Positions 11,483-24,025 of a DNA stretch of 64,000 nt are shown here, piece after piece. Where the stretch lies: assembly GCA_964234715.1 (NCBI GenBank), contig OZ174276.1, one strand, 5' to 3'. The DNA comes from Podarcis melisellensis. Taxonomy: Eukaryota. How positions within the stretch are numbered: position 1 is the first letter of the stretch; every line of letters starts with the position of its first letter. The notes beneath the pieces were generated by a model. That model had not been told where the DNA came from. It worked only from the letters and a program-made list of their open reading frames with translations, and did not search any database. The translations under genes and the position numbers were made by a program.

Positions 11483-13475
11483 TAAGGGACAAGCTACTTT
11501 TATTTTTTTATTACTGCAGTCTTGTGTACTAAAACCCAATGATGTTTATCTCTGTCTCTTGCAAAGCACCCTTAGGAGATGGTAGCTTCCATCCAGGAAG
11601 GGACAGAAGGAAAGATCAGGTTAAGACACACAAAGCTCCAACAATGACTGATGTAGAGGAATGCATTTTGTGGCATTCTGCTCTGTTTCTAGGAGATAAA
11701 AACTAGACAACACAAGCTCTTGGAGGAAGAGGAGTGGACACACAGAGGCAATACTTTAATGTTGAAAGGAATTGCTTCTTGCATTATGAACAGATGGCAA
11801 TGAGATGCCCTGAAAATCTCATTGGCACATTCTGGTATATAAGGTGGTCTCGCCAACATATTTGTGGGGTTCGGAAACATGTGAAGGAAACTATCCAAAA
11901 GGTAACAAGGCATGATGTGCCACTGAAGCTACATTTTCATATCACAAAACGGTGGGTGCAAAGAGGTGCGTCCTTCGGCTATTAAAAAAAAAAACCTTTA
12001 AAGATGCTGTAATGCATAGGGGGAAAAGGTACTCGAATGGTTGAGTTGGGGGAAGAGGTTGTAGAGAATGCCCTGAACCATGCTCCTTTTTTGGCTCAAA
12101 CTGCATGCTGCTGCAGTTGTCTTTGCAGTTAAGGGCACTTACTTCCTTTTAGTGGTAAAATGTGTTTATCACACAGTCTCTGCTTTAAACCAAACCAACA
12201 CACACAGCACTGTCACAATGACTGCAGCTGGAAGTGCTGGATTGTGCACAGGTTGGTTCATTAGATGCAAAAAAAGTGTGTTATTTTAGTACCTACTTTT
12301 CGTAAGAGACCCATTTCTACACTTCTGACTCCAACATAATGAAACTGCAGACTGATGAGTGAAATCCTCCAGCCTCCTTAAATTAAGGGGGGAGGTCTCC
12401 CATCTTTCTGTTCTTTTTGCCTGGTATATTTCTTGCTCCTCAATCAAAGCATCTCTCTCAATTGTCCACTCTGTTTGCTGTTGAACAAGCCATCCATCTA
12501 TCAGATTTTTGCATCTGTGTTGCCTAAAGAGGCTGCTGTTTGGTTTTGGTTTGTTTTTCTTTAATAAAAAAAGATTCTGGCTATAGATTTTTGAAGTGTT
12601 TAGTACAGCTTTGTTCACCACTTGAGAATCAGCTGTATCCACCAGCCTTGTAACGGGACAGCTAAAATATGGTTCACATTTGCAATAGAAAATGGTTGAA
12701 AATGTATGTGTTAATCAGATGGGGCAAAAATACAACACCCTATTTACAAGGCAACTACAGCCATATTGATCAGGGCCATAACAGAACTCAAGCAGAAATA
12801 ATGGGCAAACTAAGCACAAAAAAAGAATGTCTTGATGACTATGCTCTAACCCTTGGTTGGTCAACTAGAGGTCTCTTCTGGCTACATTAGTTGTAAGTCT
12901 TGACACTGGGCTGACGCTGACAAAGTGTGTGTCGAGGTAAAGCAGAAAGCAGGCTTTGATTCCCATAACCTTCCAATGAACCTGCAGCATTGGCAACCAC
13001 TACACCAGGAAAAAAGAATGTGTGTTGACATTTTAAACTGAGGAAATTTGCTTCAAAGAATCTCGAGTCTATTAAAGGCGCAGCAGCTGGCGTCATCTGA
13101 TCCTAGCATCTTTGCCTCTGGCCACTAAGGTGGCATTTTCCTGTGGCTGGCACCAGTCCCTCCTCTCTGGCAGATGTCCTTGGTGGATGTGGTTTCTGAG
13201 TCACGGTAAAGGTTTAGGGCTATTGTTTTGTTTCGGGTTTCTCTTCTTTTAATGGTTTTGATGTAAGAAAAGAAGACATACGGCACACTGGAAAAGTGGC
13301 GACCTTTGTATAAGAACTGGAAACACCAAGAGTTAGACTGCTTTGCATGTGACAGAAAAGTAGATGCACCTGTCTCAGTGTTGTTTCCTGTTATACCTTC
13401 TTTTTTACATTGTGTTTATGTGCCACAGAGAAATGTGATTGGCCCTAGATCTCTATGTATATGCAGTGTATGCAT

Positions 13476-13904
13476 TAGGGATGGGGAACCTCAGGTCCAG
13501 GGGCCAAATGAGGCCCTCAGGGTTTTTCCAAGGTCACACAGCCCTCACCAGTCCTGCTTTGCGCCCTCCTTGAGTGTGTTTTTTGCCTGGCTAGAATGTG
13601 CCTGGATGGAGAGGGATGTGTGAATGTGTAAAAACTAATCTAGTGTACAAACAGCAAATTTCGCATTTGCTGCTCTGTGGTTTCCCAGAAGGGGGTGTAG
13701 GCTGAAAAATTCCGCCCACCCCCAGGTGTCCACATGGTGAGAGTACACAGTTTGCCTCTACACAATATAGCAGAGGTGGGGCAGTCTTTGGCCCCTCCAG
13801 ATGCTCTTAACATCCATCTCTGACCAGCTTCATGGCCAGTAGTCAAGGATTATGGGAACTGTAGGCTAGCAACACCTGGAGGACCACAGGTTCCCTCATC
13901 CTTG
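13476..13904. mobile_element. hAT-type non-autonomous element(s)
   Basis: Inverted ends tagggatggggaacct ... aggttccctcatccttg; the right third resembles the MITE at 2818. Confidence 0.6.
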
Positions 13905-14556
13905 CATTTGAAGGACACAGCTGATACGTATGGTCTACAAACATGTACCTGTCAATTTTGCAATATGCGATGTGGCCCTTAGTCAGGCCCACTAGACTGT
14001 GACATTTGTCATGCTGCTTCAAAATAAGCAGAAATCATTCTGGACTCACTACATTAGAGTAGACCAGTGCATTTCAGGTAACAAATGATCAGAGGGTCTT
14101 TCTCTGTGCCAGTGATGCACCCATAATGGGTTGGAGACTCCTGTGTTCCAGATTAGTCTTGCTGTCCCTGTATGCCATAATCCATTCCACATCTGGAGAC
14201 TGGTTATTACATCACAGCATACTGCCAGTATATAGCCTTTCCCCCCCAATGAGGTACAGTACAGCCACCTTGGGCATCTATGGAAAAATGGGAGATAAAT
14301 TAGTTTAATCAACAATAAGCAAACATTCATAATTGTGAAGCTATGTGGTCTTGAAAGATAATCAAGAGTGTATCTCTCAGATAACGGAAGAATGAAATGG
14401 GGGGGGGGGGAATCTGGATTGATCAGTCTGATTTCTCAGACTGTTGATTCAGAACCCTTTTTGTGCCTCTCAAGAACTGCTATGAATCAGGCTGGCTGTA
14501 GCCGTGATAAGAACGAGACAGAAGTCTAAATAATTTGACTGTTCATATTGCTGCAG

Positions 14557-14783
14557 GTATCAGGGTCAGGAGGGCTGGGCCCCAGCGTCGTACCTGAAAA
14601 AGGGGAGTGGTGACATGCTTGCTCCAAAACTGGGATCTGCCACTTCCGCCCACTCCTATGCACTAGACCTGGATGGAATCTCCCGGCAGCAGAACTCGGC
14701 GGGCCGAGACAAGGATGGGCCGAACAACCAAAGAGATGGAAGGTTTGATGGTCGCCCATTGCCAAATGTGGACCTTAGGCGAA
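14557..14783 (+). CDS. SH3PXD2B: SH3PXD2B coding exon, end of SH3 domain 2 and linker
   Basis: gctgcag|G acceptor and CGAA|gtaagt donor; 227 nt. Encodes [18 protein letters not shown]...[13 protein letters not shown]...DLRR. Confidence 0.95.
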
Positions 14784-15271
14784 GTAAGTTGGGAAGAATG
14801 AACAATAGTTTTGGGTTCTTTGTAGGACATGCTAGCCTGGTGTGGTGCAGGAAGGTCTTCATGGCTCTTGAGTTTTGTGGCTTCTTGAGAATTATAATTG
14901 GAAGAACTGGGGTTATTTAGGTCAGTTCAGCAAAGCTGACGGTAAATTTTGGAATCCTTTCTAGTGTATGTTTGTATTACAATCTACTTCTGCTGCTATT
15001 CCAATGAAGCATATCTCAGACTTGGTGGCAGTTGTTTGGACGTTATGCATCTAGGGGGGAAATGCTGTTCAGGATTTTAGTGTAAGTTTGTTTGTGAAGA
15101 ACCTACCCACCCCCCACCCCATCTCTATAATATATGTACTCAGTCTCTCTTTCCCTCTTGCTCTTTTTTTCTTCAGACTAGACTGGTGGGATCTTGTTAG
15201 TTCTTCTTAAGTATCACTTTTTGAAGCATGTTTTGATATCCTTCAATCACAATGAAATATTTTCTTGGCAG

Positions 15272-15321
15272 AATCACCAAAGATGAGACAGAGACCCCCT
15301 CCTCGTCGAGATCTCACAATA
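15272..15321 (+). CDS. SH3PXD2B: SH3PXD2B 50-nt coding exon (proline-rich PPPRR motif)
   Basis: ttggcag|AA acceptor and AATA|gtaagt donor. Encodes (K)SPKMRQRPPPRRDLTI; phases fit both neighbouring exons. Confidence 0.95.
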
Positions 15322-15926
15322 GTAAGTATTGCCCCCAGTTGCTTTAAGCTGGGGAGTTCTGGTGCATTATTAAATACACAGAACAAAAATAAGCTAGAGC
15401 AGTGGTGGTAGAAAGGGACACAGCTTGTCTTGCCACATTTTGCATTTTGGCATAGATTCCCATGTGCAAACATGTCCGTATATGTAACCTGCTTCTTAAT
15501 GAATGGATGAATATGGAAGTGATAAAATAATGCTCTGGCAAGGATCAGGCCATTGCCGCAATATATAAAGGGGCAAATAGTGCTTTCTACATGCATGCCC
15601 TGTGCAACTGAACCCATGCACAAAATTCATTGCATGAGAAGCTTCCCTAATATTCCTCCTTGTGATCCACATGTACAGTGGTTCTACCTTATATAGCTGG
15701 TGCAGGAGTGAGGCTTAACCCCATCCCCCCAGATCTGCTTCTGTCTGTCAAGGGACTCTTCCCTTACGAATGAGTATATACCATTCTGTTTTGAAGTAGC
15801 TGCACAGGCCTTTTCTGTTGTGTTTATGGCCAGCAGCGACCCACAAAATATACTTCAGTTGTGGCAGTTTCCATAGCACAGGTGCTCTGGAAATAAGCCT
15901 ACTTACCTACCATATGTGACAATGTA

Positions 15927-16152
15927 CAGTGTTACCTCAGGTTAAGTACTTAACTCATTTCGGAGGTCTGTTCTTAACCTGAAACTGTTCTTAACCTGAA
16001 GCACTGCTTTAGCTAATGGGGCCTCCCTTTGCTGCCGTGCCACCAGAGCACAATTTCTGTTCTCATCCTGAAGCAAAGTTCTTAACCCGAGGTAATATTT
16101 CTGGCTTAACGGAGTCTGTAACCTGAAGCATATGTAACCCAAGGTACTACTG
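15927..16152 (+). mobile_element. Tc1/mariner-type MITE, copy 1
   Basis: ta|cagtgttacctcaggtta ... taacccaaggtactactg|ta: TIRs with TA target duplication. Confidence 0.85.
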
Positions 16153-16911
16153 TACACTGCATGCATATAGAGTACATATTCTTAATCCGTCATGGGAGCA
16201 TGGACTAAGGAAAGCTTTGCTTATAAGCTTTATGCATTTGTTTCTCTATGCATACAACTTTCCCCTCAAGTTCAGGGATTGACCGAGGAAACGTTGCCTT
16301 CCCCATGAGGCCCTGGAGCACACACAGCTAGCAGGGTCAGCAGTTGAGATATGTCTGTATAGATGTTCCTGAAATAGATTGTTTTTTAAAGCAAACTTGG
16401 CCCATTTTCCAAGTCATTCCTTTTATAACATAGTATTAGAAAGCGACTATATTCACTGATAAAAGAGTCTACAGAGAGTTGAAAATAAAACCCCACAGAG
16501 GGAACTCTTAGGGTAAGAAGATCCCTTGGGGAAAAGTGAGGGCGTTTTGCTTCTTCAGCGATAGTTTTCCCAAGAGCAGCCATTCAAAGCAGGGCTGAAG
16601 CTGGGAATACTTCTCTGCAGAGCTGAATTTTAATCTGAGCTGCACAAGAATTCATGAGCTTCTAAGGCTCTCCTCCCCTTCCAGGCAAGCAGTATGACGT
16701 CTGGAAGTTCGTTTCCAGGCCCAGACCTGCTAAACATCTCCAGCATCTTTAATCCTGTGTGGCCTCTCTTGAAAGATGAGCTTGTCAGCAGTAACTGTAA
16801 AATCAGTGAAGCCACATGAACCTGCCAGCCAAATGCTACCTTCCTTGTGGGCTAACCTGGAGGGCAGTGGGGTATATTGTCCCTTGTCGTCTTTGGACAG
16901 AAGTAGGCTGA

Positions 16912-17121
<210 letters not shown>

Positions 17122-17170
17122 TAAATCCTTTGTGTTTGCTGTAGTTATGCTGATGATTGACAGGGATGAG

Positions 17171-17344
17171 CAGTGCTATTCCCCCCCCCCCAAAAAAAAA
17201 CAAAGTTTAGGAGTACTCTCATTTTGACTCAAGAAAATCACCATTTTATAGTTCAAAACGGGGAAAATAAATACAGTAAGTGGACAAGGTACAAAGATTC
17301 ACAAAATGTTTAGGGGTATGCATCCGCCCCAGAAAAAAGCACTG
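17171..17344. mobile_element. hAT MITE with perfect 8-bp TSD
   Basis: TIR cagtgct ... agcactg flanked on both sides by gggatgag (17163-17170 and 17345-17352). Confidence 0.85.
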
Positions 17345-17915
17345 GGGATGAGGGTCAAATTTCTGTCCTTATATCGGTGAGTAGGGAAGGATAATCCTCC
17401 CTGGTGTGCTGTGTTCTAGTCTGACTGGTATGTTCGTATTCCGTTTTAAAAGGTGTGTGGAACAGCTCACCTTTCCATCTTCCCTCCACACATGCACAGC
17501 AGCCCCTTTCACTGGGAGAAGGTAGAAGTATAAAAAGGAGGTATTCTCTGCTTCTCCACCATGAATGGAATATGTGCTGAAACTGCAACCATCTTTCAAC
17601 TTCTGGTAATGCAGGCACTGATCTCCTCCAGCCGCCTGCTCACCCTGAACTTTCACTTTTTCCTTCGTCAGATTTTTGCCTTATCAGCTTAAAATATTTG
17701 CATACTGCTTACTATTTATTTATATATTGCATTTCTCTCCCACTTTTTCTTTCCCTATCCCCAATTAAAATTGCATTTTAAAAATATTTTTATTTATTTT
17801 ATATATGCGACCACTATATTCAAGAATCTTTTTTAAAAAATATTTTTATTGATACAACAAGAAAAAAGATTCTTGAAGTGATTCGCTCCATAAAAACACA
17901 CACACAACTACACTC

Positions 17916-17950
17916 TGTGTGTGTGTGTGAGAGAGAGAGCGCGCGCGCGC
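17916..17950. repeat. Compound (TG)n(AG)n(CG)n microsatellite
   Basis: tgtgtgtgtgtgtgagagagagagcgcgcgcgcgc. Confidence 0.9.
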
Positions 17951-18041
17951 ACATTTAGAAATGGGGATGTTAATTAGCTGTATCAGCCTTTAAAAATTTG
18001 GAGTTTAGTATCCTGCTGGCGGTACCTCATCTATGGCTCAT

Positions 18042-18060
18042 TGCTGACACCTAGTGGCCA
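18042..18060 (-). promoter_or_regulatory. CTCF-like motif
   Basis: Reverse strand reads TGGCCACTAGGTGTCAGCA, close to the core CCACYAGRKGGCRS. Confidence 0.5.
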
Positions 18061-18403
18061 AGTAGTTTTCTTGGCCAATTGGATTCTTGTGCTGTGTGTG
18101 TCCACGTTTGCTTGGAGAAGAGAGCTGACGTGAAAGGTGGTCTGCTACTTTTGATGCTCTGAATACATATGCATGGGTGGATGCACCGGTACAAGAGAGT
18201 GGTTCCCATTTAATAGTGCAAACTAGCTAGAAGTACATGATTATATTTTGTATTGCACAAGGGCCTCAGCCACTTCATACATGACACAGAGACAAGCCCA
18301 GTTGTGTTACTGAGTGTTAACGCAACAAGGAGTTGCAGCCAATCTATGACTCCTCTTGCAACAGATGCATGCATGGCATCCACATATTACATTTGTAGGT
18401 GTG

Positions 18404-18639
18404 GTGTAGTGGTTAAGAACAGTAGTCTCGTAATCTGGTGAACCGGGTTCGATTCCCCGCTCCTCCACATGCAGCTGCTGGGTGACCCTGGGCTAGTCAC
18501 ACTTCTGTGAAGTCTCTCAGCCCCACTCACCTCACAGAGTGTTTGTTGTGGGAGAGGAAGGGAAAGGAGAATGTTAGCCGCTTTGAGACTCCTTAAAGGG
18601 AGTGAAAGGCGGGATATCAAATCCAAACTCTTCTTCTTC
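18404..18639 (+). mobile_element. tRNA-derived SINE (Squam3-like), copy 1
   Basis: A/B boxes (gtgtagtggtt; gggttcgattccc), (CTT)n tail, and TSD taggtgtg at 18396-18403 and 18640-18647. Confidence 0.85.
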
Positions 18640-19111
18640 TAGGTGTGCACAAACACAAAATAACTTGTACACCTACGAAATGTCCTTTGTGAAATGATTC
18701 TCGCCTTCAGACAGTTAGATAAATTCAATAACAGAAGATTCTGTTAAGCAGAGTGAAGGGCCAAGGTTAGGACAATATAAGAAGTCTAAAGAGCAATATA
18801 AGGAAGCTACAGCTTTCTGCAGTTCCTTAACTATGAGAGGAAATGCCAAAAGATTCAAGGCTGAAATGAGACTCCATGGCAATTTTAAAAAATGGTTTTG
18901 AAAGTGGAAGCTCTTCCTTAATCTCCACCACCACCTTTGCTCCTAGAATTGGGAGGGAGGCAGAAAAGAAATTGCTGGGGCCTGGCTTCACCCTTGGGCT
19001 GGAGGTTAGCCACCTCTGTTTTTAAGTAACCCCCTCAGCTTTGATGTGAGCAGTTGAAGCTACTGGTGTGGCAAGAGACCTAAGGCATGGTGTTTCTCTT
19101 TCCTTCCGCAG

Positions 19112-20650
19112 GTCATTGAGAAGAACCTGAGTGGTTGGTGGTACATCCAGATAGAGGAGAAGGAAGGCTGGGCACCAGCTACTTTCATTGACAAGTACAA
19201 GAAAACTAGCAATGCATCTAGACCTAACTTCTTGGCACCGCTGCCGAATGAAATGGCGCAGCTCCGGCTTGGTGACAGTGTGGCAGAGAGCAGCTCTAAT
19301 GGAGAAGCCTTTGGGCCATCCAGGCCTCTGCCTGAAGCACCACCCAACGACATAGACAGTGCAGGGAAATGGAAAGCGAAGGAGGTTTCCAAGGGTGCCC
19401 TGCCAGAGAGCAGCGATGCATCTCTCTCCGTGGGGTACGAGGAGATTTGTGATCGGGACGCCGAAGAGAAGCCGAGCCTCCCTCCGAGGAAGGAATCCAT
19501 AATTAAATCCGAAGAGGAGTTGATAGAAAGGCAGCGGTTGGAACAGAGGCCACCTCCGAAGCCTCCTGGCATGATTTTGCCTGCGATTCCCCCCAAGCAG
19601 GCTGTCCCTCCAAGGGACAACAGGAAGCCAGAGCTCAAAACAGAGAAGGGGAAACTGTTCCAGCTGAAAAACGAAATGGGGCTAGAGTGTGGGCACAAGG
19701 TGTCTCCCAAAGAGGTGAAGAAGCCGAACCTTCGGCCCACTGTTAAGCCTGCCAAGCCAAAAGTTGAGCCCCCGGAGGACAAGCCTGAGCTCGGGACCCC
19801 GAACCCTTTCCTGAAATCAAAGCCTCAGGTCAGACCCAAGCCAGCAGCAGCCCCTAGGACAGATCCCCCTCAGGGAGATGACAAACTAGACATTTGCAAC
19901 CTGAGGAGCAAACTCAGGCCTGCCAAAGCGCAAGAGAAGCCTTCTGATCAGGACCCCACGGCTGGCGAGAATGCCTTCAGTAACAACGCACTTCCTGTGG
20001 AATCTTCTGTCCGGTCTCAGGAAAGGCCAGCTGTGGAGATGAGGCCTCCATCCAGACCAGACAGCCAAGTCTTCAAGGAGGCTGCTTCATCCAAAGTTCC
20101 TTTTGGCTCCGCAAAGCTGAGTGAGGCCGATTCCAAGGGTAGCTTTCCAGCTTCCAGGGAACCACCTCAGCGGCCTGTGGTACCACCCAGGAGGCCGCCG
20201 CCTCCCAAGAAAGCCTCCACACCATCGCCTGCATCTTTGTTTGCCCCCTCTCCAGAAAATAAAGCTCCACAGAGGGAAGTGCCTGAACTGAGAGCTGCCT
20301 CTGTGCCTGGCAGGCCGATGCTGGTTCCACCAAAAGCCAAAGGTTTCCTGCCAGCTCCGTGCCAAGATGATGCCAAAGCGAAAAGCGGCCTAGGCCCAAA
20401 AGGAATCCCCAAGCCTGTGGAGAGGGAGAGAGGATCCGTCCCCATCACCAGTTCAGACGTCTCCAGAGAAGCCCTCTATGTGGCTGTGGCAGATTTTGAT
20501 GGCGATGAAGAAACCAGCAGCTTTAAAGAAGGGACCTTGTTTGAAGTCCGAGAGAAGAACAGCAGCGGCTGGTGGTTCTGCAAGGTCCTTGCTGGAGCGC
20601 CATGTTGGGAAGGCTGGATTCCTTCCAATTATCTCAGAAAAAAGCCATAA
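19112..20650 (+). CDS. SH3PXD2B: SH3PXD2B last coding exon: end of SH3-3, long proline-rich region, SH3-4, stop
   Basis: ttccgcag|GTC acceptor; 1539 nt open to TAA at 20648-20650. Runs [13 protein letters not shown]...GYEEI...[36 protein letters not shown]...[13 protein letters not shown]. Confidence 0.97.
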   Translation, partial: VIEKNLSGWWYIQIEEKEGWAPATFIDKYKKTSNASRPNFLAPLPNEMAQLRLGDSVAESSSNGEAFGPSRPLPEAPPNDIDSAGKWKAKEVSKGALPESSDASLSVGYEEICDRDAEEKPSLPPRKESIIKSEEELIERQRLEQRPPPKPPGMILPAIPPKQAVPPRDNRKPELKTEKGKLFQLKNEMGLECGHKVSPKEVKKPNLRPTVKPAKPKVEPPEDKPELGTPNPFLKSKPQVRPKPAAAPRTDPPQGDDKLDICNLRSKLRPAKAQEKPSDQDPTAGENAFSNNALPVESSVRSQERPAVEMRPPSRPDSQVFKEAASSKVPFGSAKLSEADSKGSFPASREPPQRPVVPPRRPPPPKKASTPSPASLFAPSPENKAPQREVPELRAASVPGRPMLVPPKAKGFLPAPCQDDAKAKSGLGPKGIPKPVERERGSVPITSSDVSREALYVAVADFDGDEETSSFKEGTLFEVREKNSSGWWFCKVLAGAPCWEGWIPSNYLRKKP

Positions 20651-22428
20651 GCCCCTCCATTTGTCTTCAGATTAAGCAGCAGCTCAACATTCCCCATTTT
20701 AGTATCAAAATATTTAATTAGTTTATTTATAGTTTTTCATAAGGCTGGCTCTATTATTATTTTTTTAAGTATCTGGGATACCATACATTCCAACTTGTGT
20801 CGTTTCCAAGAAAGAATAGCAAGGGAAACAGGCCTTCCTATTAGTGTAGCTTTGCTACTGTTGCTACTCTTGGCAGCTCATTCCCTAAATGCTTTTTAAT
20901 AGGTTAATTCACAGAGACACACACAATTAATCCCTTCCCCACCCTCCATGTGGTTTAGGTCCACCTGCCTCTCACAGGGCTGGCTGATTAAAAAAAGTGT
21001 TCTTTAAAATTGTCTCTCAAGTTCTGGAACACACAGTAGCAAACAAAAGGCCCGCACACACGTTAGAATGTAAAAACCTGGGAGATAATTTGTTTTCAGC
21101 TTGGTGAGGAAATGGAAGTGAGTCCCGCTAACCAATGAATGGAAATGAGAAATTGAAAAGCCACTGTTTGTGCTGAGTTCCCTTGTTAAATACCACGTGC
21201 CACATTTTGCTGTTATTCAGATGCTAATATGCCTCTGAATAAGTAATTTGATGTTCTAGGATATGCCTAGGTGGAAAGGCCTGTCCAAGTAGCTGCTAAG
21301 AGATTCTTTCTAGCCTTGTATAAGTATCTTTTGCCCCATATTTGAGCAATCCTTCTGCCACTGTAGGTCCCACATTAATGCCTCTTTTGATGTCTGTTGC
21401 GCTGACCTCTTTGTATAGGCTCCCCTCCCAGTATTATAGTCTCCTTTTAGTAAATAAAGCAGATATTATATTAGGTTATCCATACTGTTCCGCTGTAAGG
21501 TTTCAAATAACTCCCAAGACCTCCTGGCAGGAGGATTGCTAGCAGAACAAAGTGCTGCCTCTTCAGGGACAGATTGCACAGCTGCATTCATGCCTGTACG
21601 CAAGTAGATCTCTAGTGCTGTCCTATCATGATTCCTCAGGTCTGGTAGATGACAGCTGCCAGGATGGTAGCCCTCCAGTAGGTGCTAATAATTTATACTG
21701 CAAGGCTTCCCAACCTGGAAGTAGCATCTAGATTTCACAAGGGATGGGGGTTTTGCTGTACCCCTCCCCACTTTATCTATTCCTTACCTATTTCTATTCC
21801 TTACCCTTTCCAAAAAGCATGTTTCTCACCCATAGGTTGATTTGTAGGGTGGAGAGGGGAGAATGTGGATGTTATGCAGCGAGGCTAAAACAATAGTTCT
21901 TGGGGCTGTTCTAACTTATCTAAGTGGGAAGGCATGTGTCTGATTCTGGCCTCTTTAACTATGGACCATGGCAATTTTCTGTGATGCCATAGAAATGGCT
22001 CTCGTGAGAGGAGGGCTGGGTTCAGAGCACAATGTGCTTAATACAACATATGTATATTTTGGAGCAGTGGTCATGAGGTATCAGAGAAAGAAATATCAAA
22101 TGTGCGTTTAGAAATATATATGTCTTCACATACGTTGCCCCCCTTTCATTTAATACATGTGTATGTGTATTCATCTCCAGGGTGTGAAAAAGCCAAGTGA
22201 GCAATGCCTCCTGCTCTCAATCTTACCATTGCTGCAATGGATCAGTGGTTTTATTTTCAGAAATATAAACCTGGATAGATTCACTGCTGATCTAACAGTA
22301 AAAACAAACAAACCATGTTTGCATTGACTAAGAGAGGGTCAATGATTTCCCATGTTTGTATTATTGGTGTGAGTCTGCCTAGTTCGGTCTCCCATGGGCT
22401 GAACATCACTTACCTGCTTTAATCAGGT

Positions 22429-22558
22429 AGTATACAGATTTAATTTAAGCCAACCTTCCCCAATCTAGTGCCTTCCAGATGGGGTGGTGAGAACATGCAA
22501 CTCGACACCTGGAGGATACCAGTTCAAGGAAGGCTGGCTTAAATTAAATCTGCATACT
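22429..22558. repeat. Long inverted repeat (MITE core with extended inverted flanks) in the SH3PXD2B 3'UTR
   Basis: Arms 22429-22459 and 22528-22558 are complementary at 29 of 31 positions. Confidence 0.85.
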
Positions 22559-22758
22559 GTCATAAATCTTCCTATATAATGGTTATTTTTTAAAAAATGG
22601 AGGATTTAGGAGTCCATCTCCTTATTTTGCTTTCTGAAACTCAGCACTTGAAGTTCACATCATGTCATTTTCCCTAAAGACATGTTGCTTTGGTCCCAGC
22701 TTAGATACAGGTACTGTCCTTTTAGTGCTGTAGTGTTTCTTCTGTCCATCCCTTAGAT

Positions 22759-22815
22759 CAGCGGTAGCCAACATGGTACCCTAAATGTTGTTGGGCTACA
22801 ACTCCCATCACCAGC
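22759..22815. mobile_element. Left half of an hAT-type MITE split by an L2 insertion
   Basis: cagcggtagccaacatgg...ctacaactcccatca; the matching half is at 23950-24025; degenerate TSD ccttagat/tgttagat. Confidence 0.65.
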
Positions 22816-22824
22816 TTCAAGCAT

Positions 22825-23948
22825 CCTTTGAGGATGCAGATTATCTAGATCCATTCTAGTCTGGATTCTGGCTTGGTTTGGAGACAGATCAGCCTTGGTT
22901 GCCCTGATAAATTACCATTGTCTAGAGAAGGATAGGGGGAGTGTGTGACTATGTTACTCTTTCTTGATCTCTGTGACTTTTGATACCATCCGCTATGGTG
23001 TTCTTGGACTGGCTCTTAGAGATGGAACCTGGGGGCATGTTCTTCAGTGGTCCGTTCCTACCTTCAGAGCCTGTTTCAAAGACTAGCACTGGAAGATTGC
23101 CTGTTGGCTTCCCAGCAGTTATGTTAAGAGGTCCCATCTTGTCCCCAGTTCTGTTTAATGCCTATATGAAGCCTTTGGGTGAGGCCATTAGAATATTTGG
23201 AGCTAACTGCCATTGATAAACTGATGTCACCCAACTCTTTCTCTTTGGCATTTGAGTCAGGTATGATGCGCAAGCCCAGAGCCAGTGTCTGGACTCAGTG
23301 GTGGGTTGATAAACTGGAGCTGAATCCTGGTAAGACTCAGGGCCCTGTGTGTGTGTGTGCACCTACTGTCCAGGATAGAGGTCAGTTACCTGCTGTGGGT
23401 GGGGTTGCACTTCCTCTGAAGGGACAGGTATGTAGTCTGAGAGTGCTGCTTGATCCATTGTTGTCACGGGGGGCTCCAGTACCTTGGAATGCTTGGTAGT
23501 TTTGGCTGGTGTGCCAGCTATGGCTGTTTCCGGACAGGGATAGCTTAGCTCCAGTGGCCCATGCAGTGGTCCCCTTGCAATGGAATTGCTGCAGTGTGCT
23601 CTGTGTAGAGCTTGTGTTTGGTTGGGAAGCTGCAACGAATGCAGAATGTGGAGTCACAGCTTATGGCCAGGTTGCCTTCTGGAGAGAACTGCACTGGATG
23701 GCAAAATGCTTTACAGGACCAAATTTAAGATTTTACTGTTAAGAGTATAAAGCCCTAAACAACTTGGTACCAGGCTATCTGAGACATCACCTTATCCTCT
23801 ATGTACCTGTATGTTCACTGCAGTATTTTATTCTTTTAAACTGTATTTTTACTTTTTTTGTTGTTGTTGTTTTGTTGTTGTTGTTGTATACTGTTATGGT
23901 ATTTTGTAACATTTAGCAGTTATCAATATTCCAAAATTAATTAATAAA
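22825..23948 (+). mobile_element. Degenerate L2-type LINE (RT to 3' tail) in the SH3PXD2B 3'UTR
   Basis: Broken RT motifs (LDP..SG; ALVAL; LDL..FDTI; GPILSPVLFNAYMKPLGE; ELHW) and an AT-rich tail ending aattaataaa. Confidence 0.75.
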
Positions 23949-23949
23949 T

Positions 23950-24025
23950 CGGCTAAACCAATGATCAGGGTTGATGGGAGTTGTAGTCTGACAACGTCTG
24001 GAAGATACCACGTTTGTTATCTCTA
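23950..24025. mobile_element. Right half of the split MITE
   Basis: tgatgggagttgtag (23972-23986) is the exact reverse complement of 22796-22810. Confidence 0.65.

Noticed and set aside
19060-19782. 240-aa antisense ORF, plus the other - strand ORFs over 19886-20448
   Set aside because: Shadow of the GC- and proline-rich SH3PXD2B last exon; no recognisable domain.
22980-23742. ORFs with RT-like peptides read as a gene
   Set aside because: Frameshifted L2 retrotransposon remnant.
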